A DNA stretch of 64,000 nucleotides from Octopus vulgaris (taxonomy: Eukaryota), in the NCBI GenBank assembly GCA_951406725.2, contig OX597821.1, positions 53,506,001 to 53,570,000 of the forward strand, in the 5' to 3' direction. The notes beneath the pieces were generated by a model. It ran no database searches. It saw only the letters and a list, made by a program, of their open reading frames with translations, and had not been told where the DNA came from. Shown here one piece after another: positions 63,531 through 64,000 of the stretch. The position numbers were made by a program, and so were the translations under genes. The number at the start of each line of letters is the position of its first letter. The first letter of the stretch is position 1.

Positions 63531-63819
63531 TTATATATAAAAGTGAAGTTGTGTGAGTGTCTGTCTCCTACGATTTAGATTCCTAACTACTCCCACATTT
63601 TGCGGTGCAGTGTAACCAAAAGCGGGTATCTTATAGTCGTGATTCATATCGAGCCCTTCTGGGTACTAGCGCACGTCTACGATGAGTCTACGATAAAAAA
63701 AAAAATTACCACCATTTTTTCCCATTTTTTTTGCTATTATATAAGGGAAGTAACTCTCTAAAAATGTTTATATAGTTATTTCCCTTACAAACCCGAGCAA
63801 CGCCGGGCGATACTGCTAG
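63528..63819 (+). mobile_element. Non-autonomous Helitron inserted into (AT)n
   Basis: 5' TC, 3' hairpin cccgagcaacgccggg + CTAG, A|T site; near-identical to 13557 except for a ~100-bp indel. Confidence 0.92.
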
Positions 63820-63853
<34 letters not shown>

Positions 63854-64000
63854 CTACCAGGTTGATTTTGTGCATAAGTTTTTCTTATATAGTTTTTGCA
63901 ATAGGTTTTATGCTTCGATACAAGATAGATTTTCCTTCCACTTCAAATTAAGCGCTTTTCCCATAGAATTTAGCACTTCTTTTGTGAGCTATTGAAACAA

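Overview
AT-rich, microsatellite-dense eukaryotic non-coding DNA. The SINE, LINE and Helitron repertoire strongly resembles an octopus (coleoid cephalopod) genome; this is inferred from repeat recognition, not from a search. I found no supportable host protein-coding exon, rRNA, true tRNA or CRISPR array, and almost all listed ORFs are microsatellite artefacts. The window is a mosaic of mobile DNA: three tRNA-derived SINE families (several with TSDs, one as a 183-bp-period trimer), three non-autonomous Helitrons, internally deleted mariner and pogo/Fot1-like DNA transposons (the latter keeping an in-frame PHD-finger mini-ORF), and an R4/Dong-like LINE 3' end in (TAA)n with a 5' fold-back. There are also HERO, RTE, L2-like, Gypsy and piggyBac remnants and a Penelope GIY-YIG remnant. 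The most interesting pattern is a set of short non-coding elements docked at (TA)n microsatellites that carry minimal type-I hammerhead-ribozyme motifs. Several of these have a CCGANGA core variant and several are arranged as fold-back inverted pairs, consistent with non-autonomous Penelope-like (retrozyme-like) elements. All folds and alignments were done by eye.
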